A model generated the notes under the pieces. It saw only the letters and a list, made by a program, of their open reading frames with translations, was not told the DNA's origin and did no database searches. Of a DNA stretch of 64,000 nt, positions 1 to 11,118 are shown piece by piece; the stretch's first letter is position 1; each line of letters begins with the position of its first letter. The position numbers and the translations under genes are program-made. The stretch is from an uncultured bacterium (GTDB lineage Bacteria; Auribacterota; Erginobacteria; Erginobacterales; Erginobacteraceae): assembly GCA_963822585.1 (NCBI GenBank), contig CAWGIE010000011.1, forward strand, positions 136,672 to 200,671, read 5' to 3'.

Positions 1-692
1 AGGCGAAAATAATCATAGGGGGGACGGTTCAGCCCCGGGCGGACGGTTACCGCTCCCCGGTATCCGGCCGCCTTCACCCGGGCGGCGATCTCGACCGTGT
101 GCTTGCCCCGGGGATAGGAGAACCAGTACGGTCTTGCCCCCAATCTCTTCTCAATGATGGAGGCACTCTCCGCGATCTCCCTCCCCGCGGCAACCGCCGG
201 CAATGCGGTAAGTTCTCGGTGGGTGACCGAATGGGACCCGACGGTGATCCGGTTCCTCTCCATCTCCGCCAGCATGGCCCAGGAGAGCGGAGCCGGGGGA
301 ACGGGGTGGGACCGATACCGTTCCGGAGCGATCGTGCCGTCAATAAATCCGGTGACGATAAAAACCGTGGCCGGGAGATTCCGTTCCTTCAGAACCGGGA
401 AGACCGTCTGATAGAAATCCAGATAGCCGTCATCAAAGGTCAGGACCAACACACTCCTCCCCCCTTCCCTCTCGGAGAACGCCGCCGGGAGCGCCTCCAC
501 CCGACGCCCCCCCTCGACCAGATAATCCATCTGTCGGGCAAACTCCCCGGGGGCAACGGAGAGGCGGTCCCCGGGGAGATCGCTTACCCGGTGGTACATG
601 AGAATCCGGACCCCTCCTCCCCTCCGAAGGCACCGGGCCGGCCGGGAGAGGGCCGGGATGACCTTCCTCAGCAAGCGGCTACCCCTTCCCAT
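1..692 (-). CDS. Polysaccharide deacetylase (CE4/NodB family), 3' end outside window
   Basis: Not in the ORF track. Manual translation from ATG 692 gives MGRGSRLL..RILMYHRV..VLTFDDGY..LPATVFIVTG. Overlaps the stop of the upstream GT. Confidence 0.85.
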   Translation of the reverse strand, partial: MGRGSRLLRKVIPALSRPARCLRRGGGVRILMYHRVSDLPGDRLSVAPGEFARQMDYLVEGGRRVEALPAAFSEREGGRSVLVLTFDDGYLDFYQTVFPVLKERNLPATVFIVTGFIDGTIAPERYRSHPVPPAPLSWAMLAEMERNRITVGSHSVTHRELTALPAVAAGREIAESASIIEKRLGARPYWFSYPRGKHTVEIAARVKAAGYRGAVTVRPGLNRPPYDYFR

Positions 693-1818
693 GATCGCCT
701 CCGTAAACCGCCGTGCCGGTCGCCGATCCCGCGGCCAGGAAGTACAGCTCCTCCATCTTCGCGCACATCCGGGCGGCGGAGAATTCGGCCGCCACCCGGC
801 GGCGGGCCGCCTCCCCCAGCTCGGGAAGCAGGGCCGGATTCCTCAGTAATTCCGCCAGACGATCGGCAAGGGCGGCACTATCCCCCGCCGGCACCAGGAA
901 TCCGCTTTCTCCGTCGGCGATCGCCTCCGGATTGGCGCCGACCGTGGTGGCGATCACCGCCCTCCCGGCCGCCATCGCCTCCAGCAGGGCGTTGGAGAAC
1001 CCCTCGGCGACGGAAGGCAGAACGAAGATATGCATCTTACGCAAAAACGAATCCGGGTTTTCAATCTCTCCCCGGAAGATAAGCCGGCCTTCAAGACCGA
1101 GCTTCCGTCCCAGTTCCCGGAGCCGCTCGTGATATCGTCGATCGAGCACCCGGCCGCCGACCTGCAGTTCCCAGGGGATTTCCCCGGGCAGGCGAGCGGC
1201 CGCCTCCAGCAGATACTCCAGCCCTTTGACCGGGCGGATGTTACCGAGGGTCCCGATCTTGATCGTCTCCCCCGGGTCCGGAAGCCTTACCGCGGCGCCA
1301 CCGGGGCTCACTTCTATTCCGTTATGGACAAGAACGATCTTCTCCGGGCGGACCTTCTCCCGGCGGAGCAGGTAGGTTACCACCGCGCCGGAATTGGCGG
1401 TAATTTTGAATGAGAGCGGGTTGACCGCCCGGTGGGCCAGGAGGTGACGATCTTTCTTCCAGAAACCGGTATCCCGCCGGCTGGTGATCACCGGGATGCC
1501 GGAGAGGAAGCCGGCCGGGGGAGCAATGATATTGGCCGCGAAGAGGTAGGAATGCACCACCGAGATCCGGTGACGGCGGATCTCCCCGCGCACCCCCGCG
1601 ATTGCCCGGAAGAAACGCGGCCCCATGATATTCCGCAGGCCGAGCGAGTCCACCACCGTCCCCTCTCCCTCCAGTTCCTTCCCCCAAGGCCCTTTCTCCA
1701 GCAGACAGCAGACAACTGCCTGAAAACGGGCGGGATCCAGGCCCGAGATCAGCTGCCGGAGGTGTCTCTGGGCGCCCGCCCGGACCATCTTATCGATGAC
1801 ATAGAGGACCCTGATCAT
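679..1818 (-). CDS. GT4 (GT-B) glycosyltransferase
   Basis: MIRVLYVID..GAQRHL, EGFSNALLEAMA motif. Start set to ATG 1818; the track's N-terminal extension is repeat-derived. Confidence 0.9.
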   Translation of the reverse strand: MIRVLYVIDKMVRAGAQRHLRQLISGLDPARFQAVVCCLLEKGPWGKELEGEGTVVDSLGLRNIMGPRFFRAIAGVRGEIRRHRISVVHSYLFAANIIAPPAGFLSGIPVITSRRDTGFWKKDRHLLAHRAVNPLSFKITANSGAVVTYLLRREKVRPEKIVLVHNGIEVSPGGAAVRLPDPGETIKIGTLGNIRPVKGLEYLLEAAARLPGEIPWELQVGGRVLDRRYHERLRELGRKLGLEGRLIFRGEIENPDSFLRKMHIFVLPSVAEGFSNALLEAMAAGRAVIATTVGANPEAIADGESGFLVPAGDSAALADRLAELLRNPALLPELGEAARRRVAAEFSAARMCAKMEELYFLAAGSATGTAVYGGDHGKG

Positions 1819-1834
1819 AATTAAATCAATTAAA

Positions 1835-1932
1835 ACCACGAAGAACACGAAGATCACGAAAATCTTTTTAAAGATGCTGAATCTTTATTTATTTTCCCAA
1901 TTATTCTTCGTGTACTTCGTGTCCTTCGTGGT
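1835..1932. repeat. Intergenic CACGAAG 9-mer inverted-array element (also 3735-3884, 12477-12684, 29975-30070, 33450-33550)
   Basis: ACCACGAAGnnCACGAAGnnCACGAA ... TTCGTGnnCTTCGTGnnCTTCGTGGT around an AT-rich spacer. Confidence 0.88.
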
Positions 1933-1940
1933 AAATTCCT

Positions 1941-2570
1941 TCATTTATTCCCTGTTTCAGCGGCTTCCAAGGAAACCCGGTTGTTTTGTTTGCGGTATTT
2001 CCTCCCGCACCGGGAACAGAGCGCTTTTTCATCATCGAAGGCCAGCCGGGTCCCGCAGGCGCAGACCCACCCCCTGACCACGGCCGGATTCCCGTAGACC
2101 AGGGCGTAAGCGGGGACATCCCGGGTGACCACGGAACCGGCGCCGACGAAAGCGCAACGTCCGATCGTGTGGCCGCAGACAATGGTGGCGTTGGCCCCGA
2201 TACTGGCCGATCTCCCGACCCGGGTCTTTTTATAAAATTCGCTCCCGCGCTGGGGAAACTCGCTCCGGGGGTTGAGAATGTTGGTAAAAACCATCGAGGG
2301 ACCGCAGAAGACATAGTCTTCCAGTTCCACCCCTTCGTAGATTGAAACGTTGTTCTGAATTTTTACCTGATCCCCGACCCGGACATTGGTGGCGATGTTG
2401 ACGTTCTGTCCGATCGAGCAGTTCTTCCCGATCCGGGCGCCGGACTGGATATGACTGAAATGCCAGATCTTCGTCCCCTCCCCGATGACCGCTCCCTCGT
2501 CAACGTAGCTGGAAGGGTGAACATAATAATCTACCGGTTGGGTGGGATCAGCACTTTCTGATTTCTTCAT
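1941..2570 (-). CDS. Hexapeptide-repeat nucleotide-sugar N-acetyltransferase (WbpD/WlbB-like)
   Basis: IWHFSHI, IGQNV, FCGPSMVFTN, GNPA and a C-terminal CxCG..CxxC. Confidence 0.85.
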   Translation of the reverse strand: MKKSESADPTQPVDYYVHPSSYVDEGAVIGEGTKIWHFSHIQSGARIGKNCSIGQNVNIATNVRVGDQVKIQNNVSIYEGVELEDYVFCGPSMVFTNILNPRSEFPQRGSEFYKKTRVGRSASIGANATIVCGHTIGRCAFVGAGSVVTRDVPAYALVYGNPAVVRGWVCACGTRLAFDDEKALCSRCGRKYRKQNNRVSLEAAETGNK

Positions 2571-2704
2571 CGATTTCTCCCTTCTATAAAAATTCCAAAT
2601 TCCAAGCACCTCAGCCAAAGGCCGAGGTGCTTGAGATTTGGGATTTTATATCAATATCAAATCCATGTTGATATTTCTTTTTCGCCATAATGATGACCAT
2701 GATC

Positions 2705-3709
2705 TTATAATTCTACCGTCACCCCTCCTTCCTCCAGCGACCTTTGAGCCGCCTCCAGCACCTTCACCACCATGTAGCCGTTTTCACCGTCGGTCAGGGG
2801 ACGCCGGCGCTCCTGCACGCAGCGAATGAAATGTCCGGTCTCCGCCTGCAGGGGTTCTCCGGCCTTCACCCAGGGTATCTGCACGTCTCCATAGCGCAGA
2901 TTCAGATATTCCCCATACGTGTCATAGGCGAGGTTCTCGGGCACTCCCTTATCGTAAATCCTGATCGGCTCGCTGCTGTCCATGTCGTCGAAGACCATCA
3001 TCTTCCTGCTCCCGACAATGGTCACGCGTCTGATTTTATGGGGGTCGAGCCAGCTGACATGAAGATGAGCCATAATCCGGTCGGGAAAAGTTATGGTGAT
3101 GAAAGCCACATCAGCCACATTGTCCTGAATATACGACTCTCCCCGCGCGGAAACCGAGCGGGGTTCCCGGTCGATGAGGTAGAGGGCGACCGACACATCG
3201 TGGGGAGCAAAAGTCCAGAGAGCGTTCTCGCTCCGCCGGATCTTCCCCAGGTTGACCCGCTGGCTGTAGAGATAATAAAGATCCCCGATGGTACCGCCGC
3301 TGAGTTCTTCTTTTAATTTGATGACCGCGGGATGATACAGCAGGAGATGCCCGACCATCAGAATCAATTCCCGTTTCTGAGCCTGTTCACAGAGTTCCCG
3401 GCACTCGGCGGCGGTCAGCCCCATCGGCTTCTCCACGAAAACGTCTTTACCGGCCGCCAGGCAGTCCCGGGCGATCCGGCAGTGGGTACTTCCCGGCGTG
3501 GCCACCACCACCGCCCGAATGGAAGGGTCACTCAAGATCCGTCCGTAGTCGGCGGTGACCTCCATCCCGGGATACTTCGCGCGGGCGGCGTCCAGCCGGG
3601 ATTCCACCAGATCGGCGGCGATAACGACTTCCGCGCCGGGCTGTTCCTGAAAATTCCTCAGCAGATTCTTTCCCCAACCGCCGACACCGATAATCCCTAA
3701 TTTAATCAT
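2705..3709 (-). CDS. Gfo/Idh/MocA-family NAD-dependent oxidoreductase (nucleotide-sugar dehydrogenase)
   Basis: GIIGVGGWG Rossmann motif, VFVEKP, SWLDPHK. Confidence 0.9.
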   Translation of the reverse strand: MIKLGIIGVGGWGKNLLRNFQEQPGAEVVIAADLVESRLDAARAKYPGMEVTADYGRILSDPSIRAVVVATPGSTHCRIARDCLAAGKDVFVEKPMGLTAAECRELCEQAQKRELILMVGHLLLYHPAVIKLKEELSGGTIGDLYYLYSQRVNLGKIRRSENALWTFAPHDVSVALYLIDREPRSVSARGESYIQDNVADVAFITITFPDRIMAHLHVSWLDPHKIRRVTIVGSRKMMVFDDMDSSEPIRIYDKGVPENLAYDTYGEYLNLRYGDVQIPWVKAGEPLQAETGHFIRCVQERRRPLTDGENGYMVVKVLEAAQRSLEEGGVTVEL

Positions 3710-3925
3710 TATTTTCTCCTTAACGGCTGACTATACCATGAAGGACATGAAGAACATGAAGAAACGAGAAAAGAAAATCAATGAAGGAATGTACCACGAA
3801 GGGCACGAAGTGCACGAAGAATTATTGGGGATACGGAAGATGATTTATTTTGTTTTTTAATCATCTTCGTGATCTTCGTGGTTTAATTATTTTTCAATAT
3901 GACTGATTTCGCGAACAGCATACTA

Positions 3926-5173
3926 TTACCGAGGGTGATGGGATGAGAAGAGAGCCACGATCTGCCGACTGGTCACCCGGATGTCCCATAACCGTTCTAT
4001 CTTCTTCCTGCCGGATCGGCCGAGATTTTTCAGCAATTCGGCATCTCCACCGACCCTCTTCACCAGTTCGGCGATGGCATCGGGATCTTTTTCGGGGATG
4101 ATGAAACCGCAGGGCGGGTCATCGATCAGTTCCGGCAACGACGGGAGCGGGGTGCAGGCAACCGGAACGCCGACAGCCAATGCCTCCAGCAAAACGTTGG
4201 GGATCCCCCAGTGAATCTTGAGCACGGCGGGGAGAATAAAAATATCGGCCCACCGGTAATGTCGCGGCATATCCTCCTGGGCCTGGTAACCCGTGAAGGT
4301 GATGTGCCTCTCCAGGTTCTTTTCCCTGACCAGGGTTCGCAGTTTCTCTTCCAGATACCCTCCCCCGACAATGCGGCAGTGAAATTCAAACTTCTCCGCC
4401 GCCAGAAGGGCGCAGGCATCGATCAGATATTCAAATCCCTTGCATTCGAAGAGGCTGCCCACGGAGAGAAGATGAAACATCCGCGGAGGGGAGGACTCCT
4501 CCCTCCCCCCCTCCTCCGGGCGGGGCAGGACGTCCTTCAACCGATAGTTATCCAGGTCGATCCCGTGATAGACGACCCTCACCTTCTCCGGGCTGATCTC
4601 CGGGGCAAGGTCCAGAAGATACCGTTTGTTATCGGCCGTGCAGGTAATCACAAAAGCCGCCCGGCGCAGCTTGAACCCCAGCCCGACGGTCTTGACGTGA
4701 ATATCATGGGCATGCCCGGTGAAGCTGAAGGGGATCCCGTTGATCCGGGAGATACAGAAGGCCGTCAGGGCCGGATAGGTGGCCCACTGGCCGTGAACGT
4801 GCTCGATGCCGCGCTTCCGGCAGACAGAGGCGAAGTATATTGCCTGGGGGATACAAGCGAGGGACTTCCAGAGAAACTCGGCATCCCCCCGATTCATCCT
4901 GAACACGGAAAAAACCATCCCCCCGAAAACCCGGGGACGGGTACATAAAAGTCGCAGGGTTTCCCCCAGGACTTTCCGGTCGAAAAGGAACCCGGAATAG
5001 ACCGCCCTCTCCGCCAGCCGATTGCCGATGGCGTGGCGGACGGGTTCCCGCCCGCTCTTCTTCAGGGAAAAAACGGCCAGATCCAGCAGCCGGTCAAGGG
5101 CCACCATCTCCCGGAGGATAAAAACCTCGTCGTAGCAGGGGAACCGGGAGAAGATCATGGCGACTTTCTTCAT
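3926..5173 (-). CDS. GT4 glycosyltransferase (WcaL-like)
   Basis: FILREM, FSFTGHAHDI, GIPNVLLEALA. Confidence 0.88.
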   Translation of the reverse strand: MKKVAMIFSRFPCYDEVFILREMVALDRLLDLAVFSLKKSGREPVRHAIGNRLAERAVYSGFLFDRKVLGETLRLLCTRPRVFGGMVFSVFRMNRGDAEFLWKSLACIPQAIYFASVCRKRGIEHVHGQWATYPALTAFCISRINGIPFSFTGHAHDIHVKTVGLGFKLRRAAFVITCTADNKRYLLDLAPEISPEKVRVVYHGIDLDNYRLKDVLPRPEEGGREESSPPRMFHLLSVGSLFECKGFEYLIDACALLAAEKFEFHCRIVGGGYLEEKLRTLVREKNLERHITFTGYQAQEDMPRHYRWADIFILPAVLKIHWGIPNVLLEALAVGVPVACTPLPSLPELIDDPPCGFIIPEKDPDAIAELVKRVGGDAELLKNLGRSGRKKIERLWDIRVTSRQIVALFSSHHPR

Positions 5174-5284
5174 AGAACTTAGCCCTCGCTTCGCTCGGGC
5201 GAATAAATAAAACTACGAATTACGCGAATTACACGAATTTTCTTTAAAATATCCCTGCACTGTCGGTTCAATGCTTGCACATTC

Positions 5285-6790
5285 CTATTTTTTCCGGGCG
5301 GCAAAAAGAACAGACATCAGTATCTCCTGATCCGTCCGATCGAAGCTTTTGAAGAAAAAGAGAAGCAGGCCGTAAAAGACCGCGCTGGAGGCGAGGACCA
5401 CCCCCGCCGGGAGATCCAGGATCCCCTCCCACCGGATCAAGCCGCCCGTGAGAAGGGCGGCGGCGGCGGGGCGGATCCATCTGCGAAAAATAAAAACCTG
5501 CCCGTATTCCCGGTAAAGAACCAAACTGAGAACGATCACGGTAAAGAACTGGGCGATGATCAGAGCGATCGGACCTCCCGTAACCCCGATCAGCCGGATC
5601 CCGACCCCGGCGGTCGAATTTCCGATCACGATCGGAGCGGCGGATCGGGAGAGAAGGGTGGTAAAAAAGAATGCCGCCAAAGCGTTAATCAGAGCGCTGC
5701 AACCAACGATCAGGGCAAAGCTCCATTCCCTCCGGCAGGCGACCATCGCGTTATAGAGCAGGTAGTTCTGAAACATGAGAACAAAGACCGGTCCCAACAT
5801 TTTCAGAACCGGGACGGCGTCCAGGTATTCCGGGCCGAACATGATCAATATCAGCTCGTCACCTAAAAATATGCAGTAGAGAGCGACCGGCAGGGAGAGC
5901 ATGAAAAGATATCTGCTCATCCTCCGATAGAGGGAGGTCAACCCCGGACGGTCGGTCAGGTGAAGGCGGGAGAGAACGGGGAAGACGGCCCCCATGATGG
6001 CGATGATAACCGTGCTTTCCAGGGCCATATAGGGGAGGACCGCCGCGCTGTAATACCCGGCACCGGACGAGCCGACCGTTTTCTGAATGATGATCCTGGT
6101 CACCTCGTGGTAGGAATTGAAAAAGATGGCCAGGGCCAGGGGGAGACCGGCGAAGACAAGGCGGGGAGCAAGAGACATATCCACGGAGAGGGGAGAATCC
6201 GGGAACTTTTTCCGCGTCAGGACCCAGGAAAATAGAACGTAGGCGGCGGCCGAGAAGAGATAAATGGCGGAGATCCGCAAAACACCCCAGGAGAGATAGA
6301 TGGCCAGGAAGACCAGAAGCATGAGGAGAATATCCTTGCAGGCATTAATCAGCGCCTCATACCCCATCTTTTCGTGGGTGCGAAACTGGATAACAAAACT
6401 CTCCCCCAGGGAAGAGAGAATATAGATCCCGAGGGCGATGAAGACCAGCCAGGCTATCTCGGCGTGATACCCGAGGCCATAGACCAGCAGCACGGCGACC
6501 AGAATGCTGACGAGGGAAAACGCGGCATTCAGCACGAGCACGGTCCCCAGATAACGCCCCGCCGCAGCCGGTTTGACGATACACTCCCGGATGGCGATCT
6601 TGCTCAACCCGAGAGAACTCAGGATAGTCAGAAGGGCGCAGAGTGAGCGGGCGACAGTCCAGTTACCGTAATGGATCTGTCCCAGATAACGGGCCAGCAC
6701 AACCCCGAGCACGATGGAGACCAGAAGGCGGATGCCCCGGCCGAAAAACAGAGCCGCCGTGTTGCCGGCAATTCGTTGCACTTCACTCAT
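5285..6790 (-). CDS. Wzx-type polysaccharide flippase (MOP superfamily)
   Basis: RIAGNT..LARYLG..YG N-terminus, many TM helices, GYYSAA, FPVLSRL. Confidence 0.88.
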   Translation of the reverse strand: MSEVQRIAGNTAALFFGRGIRLLVSIVLGVVLARYLGQIHYGNWTVARSLCALLTILSSLGLSKIAIRECIVKPAAAGRYLGTVLVLNAAFSLVSILVAVLLVYGLGYHAEIAWLVFIALGIYILSSLGESFVIQFRTHEKMGYEALINACKDILLMLLVFLAIYLSWGVLRISAIYLFSAAAYVLFSWVLTRKKFPDSPLSVDMSLAPRLVFAGLPLALAIFFNSYHEVTRIIIQKTVGSSGAGYYSAAVLPYMALESTVIIAIMGAVFPVLSRLHLTDRPGLTSLYRRMSRYLFMLSLPVALYCIFLGDELILIMFGPEYLDAVPVLKMLGPVFVLMFQNYLLYNAMVACRREWSFALIVGCSALINALAAFFFTTLLSRSAAPIVIGNSTAGVGIRLIGVTGGPIALIIAQFFTVIVLSLVLYREYGQVFIFRRWIRPAAAALLTGGLIRWEGILDLPAGVVLASSAVFYGLLLFFFKSFDRTDQEILMSVLFAARKK

Positions 6791-7032
6791 GAGCGTTGCT
6801 CAAACGGGAATAGATTTCACTTAACCTGGATTATTCATGAAAATTTTCAATTTTCATGAATAATCCAGGTTATTATCTTAAGTTCAATATAGTTATGTGT
6901 TGTAATCCCGGTTATGAGGCTGCAGCATACTGTTTTTTCTTAACCGATAGGCCAACGTCTTATTCCTATTCGCAACAACGCGATAAATAATAAATATTCG
7001 CCGATAAGTGTTTGCCCAAGAGCATACTATGG

Positions 7033-8385
7033 TTATTGCCTTATATCATTTATATTCATTCCGGCTCTGGCGTTTTTCAACATAACCCGATTATGAATAA
7101 ATCGGGTTAAGGCGACCGCCGCGAACAGGAAAAAAACGGGCATGACGGGCAGCCGGTATCGTCCCTCGGGCGGAAAGACCATGTGAATAACCGTAAAATT
7201 CATGATCAGGAGAATAAGGGGAACGGTTATTTTCCAGTGCTCCCGGACCAGCCAAAAACCGGCGCCGGCCAGAACGATGATCCCCCAGAAAGGGATGAGC
7301 AAAACAGGGCGATGATAATGTCCGTCCAGATGATAAAACCAGGCCAACCGCCGCCAGCAAAGGCGGAAAAACCGCGGCGGCGAGGCAACGATAAAGGCGA
7401 CCGCCCGCCGGCCGTATTCCCGATTATAGGACAGTTCGTCCTCTTCATCCCCCGGATGGTAGACCCCTGCATTCAGATAATAGCTGATGCTGACTGTCCC
7501 GCCCGTGGCCAAGGGGTTGTTGGCCAGATAAAGGATATTGCCGGCCTGGGTGGTAATGGGGACGATCCGATGAAAAAGCCGGTAATTTCTGATTCCCCAG
7601 GGAGCGATCACCAGTATGAGAGGTAACAGATAACTGACCAGGCGCCGGAATCGAAGATCCGGCCGCACAAACACTATCCAGAGAGGGATGACAAAGGCAA
7701 ACGGCATCAATGTCGGACGGCAGAGCATCCCCAGTCCGAAAAAGATCGCCGCCCCCCCCAGCCAATAATACATTCCCCGCCCCGCGATACCGCGGAAAAG
7801 ACAGTACATCCCGGAGAGAAGAAGAAACAGAAAGACCGTTTCGGTCATCACCTGTCGGCCATACCAGATCGCGGGGGGGTATACGGCCAGAAACAGAGCC
7901 GCAATCACTCCCAGACTGTTCGCGTGCCGGGGGAACGCCGCGCGGGCGATTCCCATCAGCCAGAGACAGGATCCGGCGCCGAGAAAAGCCTGCGCCAACC
8001 GGATATCCCTGATCGATCCTAGGCCTATCCGCTGCAGTCCGGCCAGAAAGACGGGATAGAGGGGAGGGAAGGAAGCCTCTCGATACCGATTGAGGATAAT
8101 GCCTTTCCCCTCCAGGATATTGGAGGCGATCGCCCGGTAGACGGCTTCGTCCGGATCGGACAGTTCCCCCGGCCCGGTTAACCCATAGATCAGCCGAATC
8201 GTCAGTGCCGCAATGAAAACTGCCGCCGGCCAGAAATATTTTCTCGGACGGAAAGCCGGCCTTAATAATGGCTTTCGACGCGGTTCGAGCGCCGGGGGGC
8301 CGGATGCGAGGTCCGGCGAGACGGGAGATGCCAGCCGCATCATTTTAATTCGCTGGCCGGTGACAGGCTGGGCGTCAGAGATCAT
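7033..8385 (-). CDS. GT-C (ArnT/PMT-like, GT39) membrane glycosyltransferase; start uncertain
   Basis: DPDEAVY, FPPLYP, MTETVF, PWGIRNY, RYRLPVMP. Confidence 0.8.
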   Translation of the reverse strand: MISDAQPVTGQRIKMMRLASPVSPDLASGPPALEPRRKPLLRPAFRPRKYFWPAAVFIAALTIRLIYGLTGPGELSDPDEAVYRAIASNILEGKGIILNRYREASFPPLYPVFLAGLQRIGLGSIRDIRLAQAFLGAGSCLWLMGIARAAFPRHANSLGVIAALFLAVYPPAIWYGRQVMTETVFLFLLLSGMYCLFRGIAGRGMYYWLGGAAIFFGLGMLCRPTLMPFAFVIPLWIVFVRPDLRFRRLVSYLLPLILVIAPWGIRNYRLFHRIVPITTQAGNILYLANNPLATGGTVSISYYLNAGVYHPGDEEDELSYNREYGRRAVAFIVASPPRFFRLCWRRLAWFYHLDGHYHRPVLLIPFWGIIVLAGAGFWLVREHWKITVPLILLIMNFTVIHMVFPPEGRYRLPVMPVFFLFAAVALTRFIHNRVMLKNARAGMNINDIRQ

Positions 8386-8400
8386 TACTCGGAGAGGCTC

Positions 8401-9471
8401 CTAGACCGCGCCTTTCTTTATTTCATCAATCAGGGCGTCCACTGCCTCGGAAACGGGAAAGCGTCCGATCAGCTGCCCTCTTTTGAAAAGGAGGGCGCTC
8501 TCTTTTCCCCCCGCGATGCCGAGGGAGGCCAGGCGGGCTTCGCCCGGGCCGTTGACTTCACACCCCATCACCGCTATTTTCAGGCCGGACAGCCTGTCCA
8601 GACCGGGTAAGGCGGCGATCCGGTTCTCGACCTCCCCGAGCAGAGCCAGGAGATCGACCCGGGTGCGGCCGCAGGTCGGGCAGCTGACGATGACGGGACC
8701 GAAGCTCCTCAACCCCAGGGTCTGCAGAATTTCTTTCCCTACCCGCACTTCCCGGACGGGATCGGCGCTCAGGGAGACCCGGATGGTATCGCCGATCCCC
8801 TCCAGAAGGAGCATGGAGATCCCGATCGCGGAACGGACCGTACCCGGGACCGGCGGGCCGGCCTCGGTGATCCCGATGTGAAGGGGATAATCGGTGGCGC
8901 GGGAAAGAAGCCGGTAGGCCTCCCGGGCGGTAAAAACATCGAATGCCTTCACCGATATCTTGATTTCCCCGTACCCCTCTTTCTCGATTACCGCCACTTC
9001 CTTGAGCGCGCTCTCGACCAGGGTCCGGGGGGTGGGGCCGCCGTATTTATCCATCATCTCTTTGCTCAGGGACCCCTCGTTCACGCCGACCCGGATGGGA
9101 ATAGTCCTTTCCCGGCAGGCCCGAACGACTTCCCTGACCTTTGCGGCCGTCCCGATGTTCCCCGGGTTGATCCGCAGGCCGGCCACCCCTCCCGCGATCG
9201 CGGCCAGGGCCAGGCGGTGATCGAAGTGGATATCGGCGATCACCGGGATCGGGGAATCCCGGCAGACGGCCGGGATGGCGGCGGCGGCGGCCTGGTCGGG
9301 GACCGCCACCCGGACAATCTCGCACCCGGCGGCGGCCAGGAGGGCGATCTGCCCCCCGGTCGCGGCCGCGTCCCGGGTGTCGGTCTTGGTCATCGATTGG
9401 ACGGTAACGGGGGCCCCTCCCCCGACGGGGACCTCTCCCACCATGATTTGCCGAGTATGATGTCTCTTCAA
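8401..9471 (-). CDS. ispG: 4-hydroxy-3-methylbut-2-enyl diphosphate synthase
   Basis: VQSMTKT, ADIHF, RINPGNIG, SCPTCGR, GCEVNGPGEA. Confidence 0.97.
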   Translation of the reverse strand: MKRHHTRQIMVGEVPVGGGAPVTVQSMTKTDTRDAAATGGQIALLAAAGCEIVRVAVPDQAAAAAIPAVCRDSPIPVIADIHFDHRLALAAIAGGVAGLRINPGNIGTAAKVREVVRACRERTIPIRVGVNEGSLSKEMMDKYGGPTPRTLVESALKEVAVIEKEGYGEIKISVKAFDVFTAREAYRLLSRATDYPLHIGITEAGPPVPGTVRSAIGISMLLLEGIGDTIRVSLSADPVREVRVGKEILQTLGLRSFGPVIVSCPTCGRTRVDLLALLGEVENRIAALPGLDRLSGLKIAVMGCEVNGPGEARLASLGIAGGKESALLFKRGQLIGRFPVSEAVDALIDEIKKGAV

Positions 9472-9480
9472 ATTATTGCT

Positions 9481-11118
9481 TCACCTATATCCCAACACCC
9501 GAAGAATATCGTTATACGTGATAAGCAGGAAAAGAACCGCGATCATCGCCAGGCCGAGTTGCTGGGCGATGGATAAAAACCGGGGTGAAAGTGGACGCCT
9601 GATAATCGATTCCAGGGAGAGAAAAAGAAGGTGCCCCCCATCCAGGACGGGGAATGGGAATAGATTGATAATCCCGAGATTGATGCTGATCAGGGCGAGA
9701 AGTACGAGCAGATCGGCCAAGCCATGGACCTGACTGGTTATTTGAAAGATCATCACTGGACCAGCCACTTCCGAAGTTTCGATCTTGCCGACGATCATCA
9801 TGTAAAAAACACCGAACATTTGCTTGATGCTATCCAGAGCCATCCCGGCACCAACCGTGACGGCCTTCAGTCCGGAATATCGGATGCGCTTTGTTTCCCC
9901 CGTAATGACGGGATTTATCCCCTCTATCGATGATACCGGCGATACCTTTGCCCGGACCAGGAACCGGGCGGCCGGTTTGAAAAACATCCAACCGGGACGT
10001 TTTATCGTCAGTCCAATTTCAGAGCCGGGGGGGACTGACTGGATCTTTTCGGCAATCTGCTCGGGGGGCATAGTTTCACCATCTATCGCCACCACCCGGT
10101 CGCCTTTTTTCAATTCCTGTACCGCCGTGGAGGCCCGCTGGTTTACACTTGCCACCTGATTGCCATCGAGAAGAAGTCCCGGTATATGATTCTCCCTATA
10201 AATAGGTATTTCCAATGCGAGAGATTCCTCCGTTTCCGGGCGATAGATATCCACGATTGCCGTACTTTTCTCATACCCACTGAGCAGGTCATCAAACGGA
10301 TGGATATACCCCGGAGAAAAGACCGGGGTCCCGTTAATGGAAGTAATAATATCCTTCACCCGGAGACCGGCTTGGAAAGCGGGGGAATCGGTCTGAATAT
10401 TCCAAATACTAACCTTTCCTCCCGAAGAAATGCCGATTCGGGGATAACTTGCTCCTCGAAACTTCTCAGGCGTGACCTGGACTTCCCGTTTTTCCCCATC
10501 TCTTTCCACAGTAATAGCTAATTCGGTCCCGGGATCCGATACCATCATCTTCCAGTTCAGTTCACGCCAATCTTTTATCCGTTCACCGGCTATTGCCGCG
10601 ATCCGATCTCCCGGTTGCAAACCGGCTGCCGACGCCGGCAAACCCGGTTCCACCTCCCCCACCAACGGTCCATCTTCATCAAGAGGGACCTGAATCCCGA
10701 TCATGGCGATCAGGATAAACACGACCAGACCCAGGATCAGATTCATCAGAGGACCGGCAAAGACAATCGCCGCTCGCTGATGAAGGGGCTTGCGGTCGAA
10801 CCGCCTCTCCGGGGGAATATCTCTATCCTCCTCCTCCAGTTGCTCCCGGGCTTCATCGTCACCCGGCGGCAGATCTTCCTGCCCGGCCATCTTGACGTAT
10901 CCTCCCAGGGGGAGGATGCCGATCCCGTATTCGGTCTCTTTCCCCTGGAAGCTGAAGATCTTCAGACCACCGATATCGAAACCGAGGAAGAACTTCTTGA
11001 TGTAAACCCCGAAGCGTCTCGCCAGCAGAAAATGACCCAGTTCATGGACAAAGATCAAGATCCCCAACAAGACGGCGAACTTCGCTATCCTGATCAGCCA
11101 GACAACCAACTCTTCCAT
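9481..11118 (-). CDS. rseP: RIP metalloprotease RseP with multiple PDZ domains
   Basis: HELGH, PLGGYVKM, NLFPFPVLDGG; position after dxr. Confidence 0.95.
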   Translation of the reverse strand: MEELVVWLIRIAKFAVLLGILIFVHELGHFLLARRFGVYIKKFFLGFDIGGLKIFSFQGKETEYGIGILPLGGYVKMAGQEDLPPGDDEAREQLEEEDRDIPPERRFDRKPLHQRAAIVFAGPLMNLILGLVVFILIAMIGIQVPLDEDGPLVGEVEPGLPASAAGLQPGDRIAAIAGERIKDWRELNWKMMVSDPGTELAITVERDGEKREVQVTPEKFRGASYPRIGISSGGKVSIWNIQTDSPAFQAGLRVKDIITSINGTPVFSPGYIHPFDDLLSGYEKSTAIVDIYRPETEESLALEIPIYRENHIPGLLLDGNQVASVNQRASTAVQELKKGDRVVAIDGETMPPEQIAEKIQSVPPGSEIGLTIKRPGWMFFKPAARFLVRAKVSPVSSIEGINPVITGETKRIRYSGLKAVTVGAGMALDSIKQMFGVFYMMIVGKIETSEVAGPVMIFQITSQVHGLADLLVLLALISINLGIINLFPFPVLDGGHLLFLSLESIIRRPLSPRFLSIAQQLGLAMIAVLFLLITYNDILRVLGYR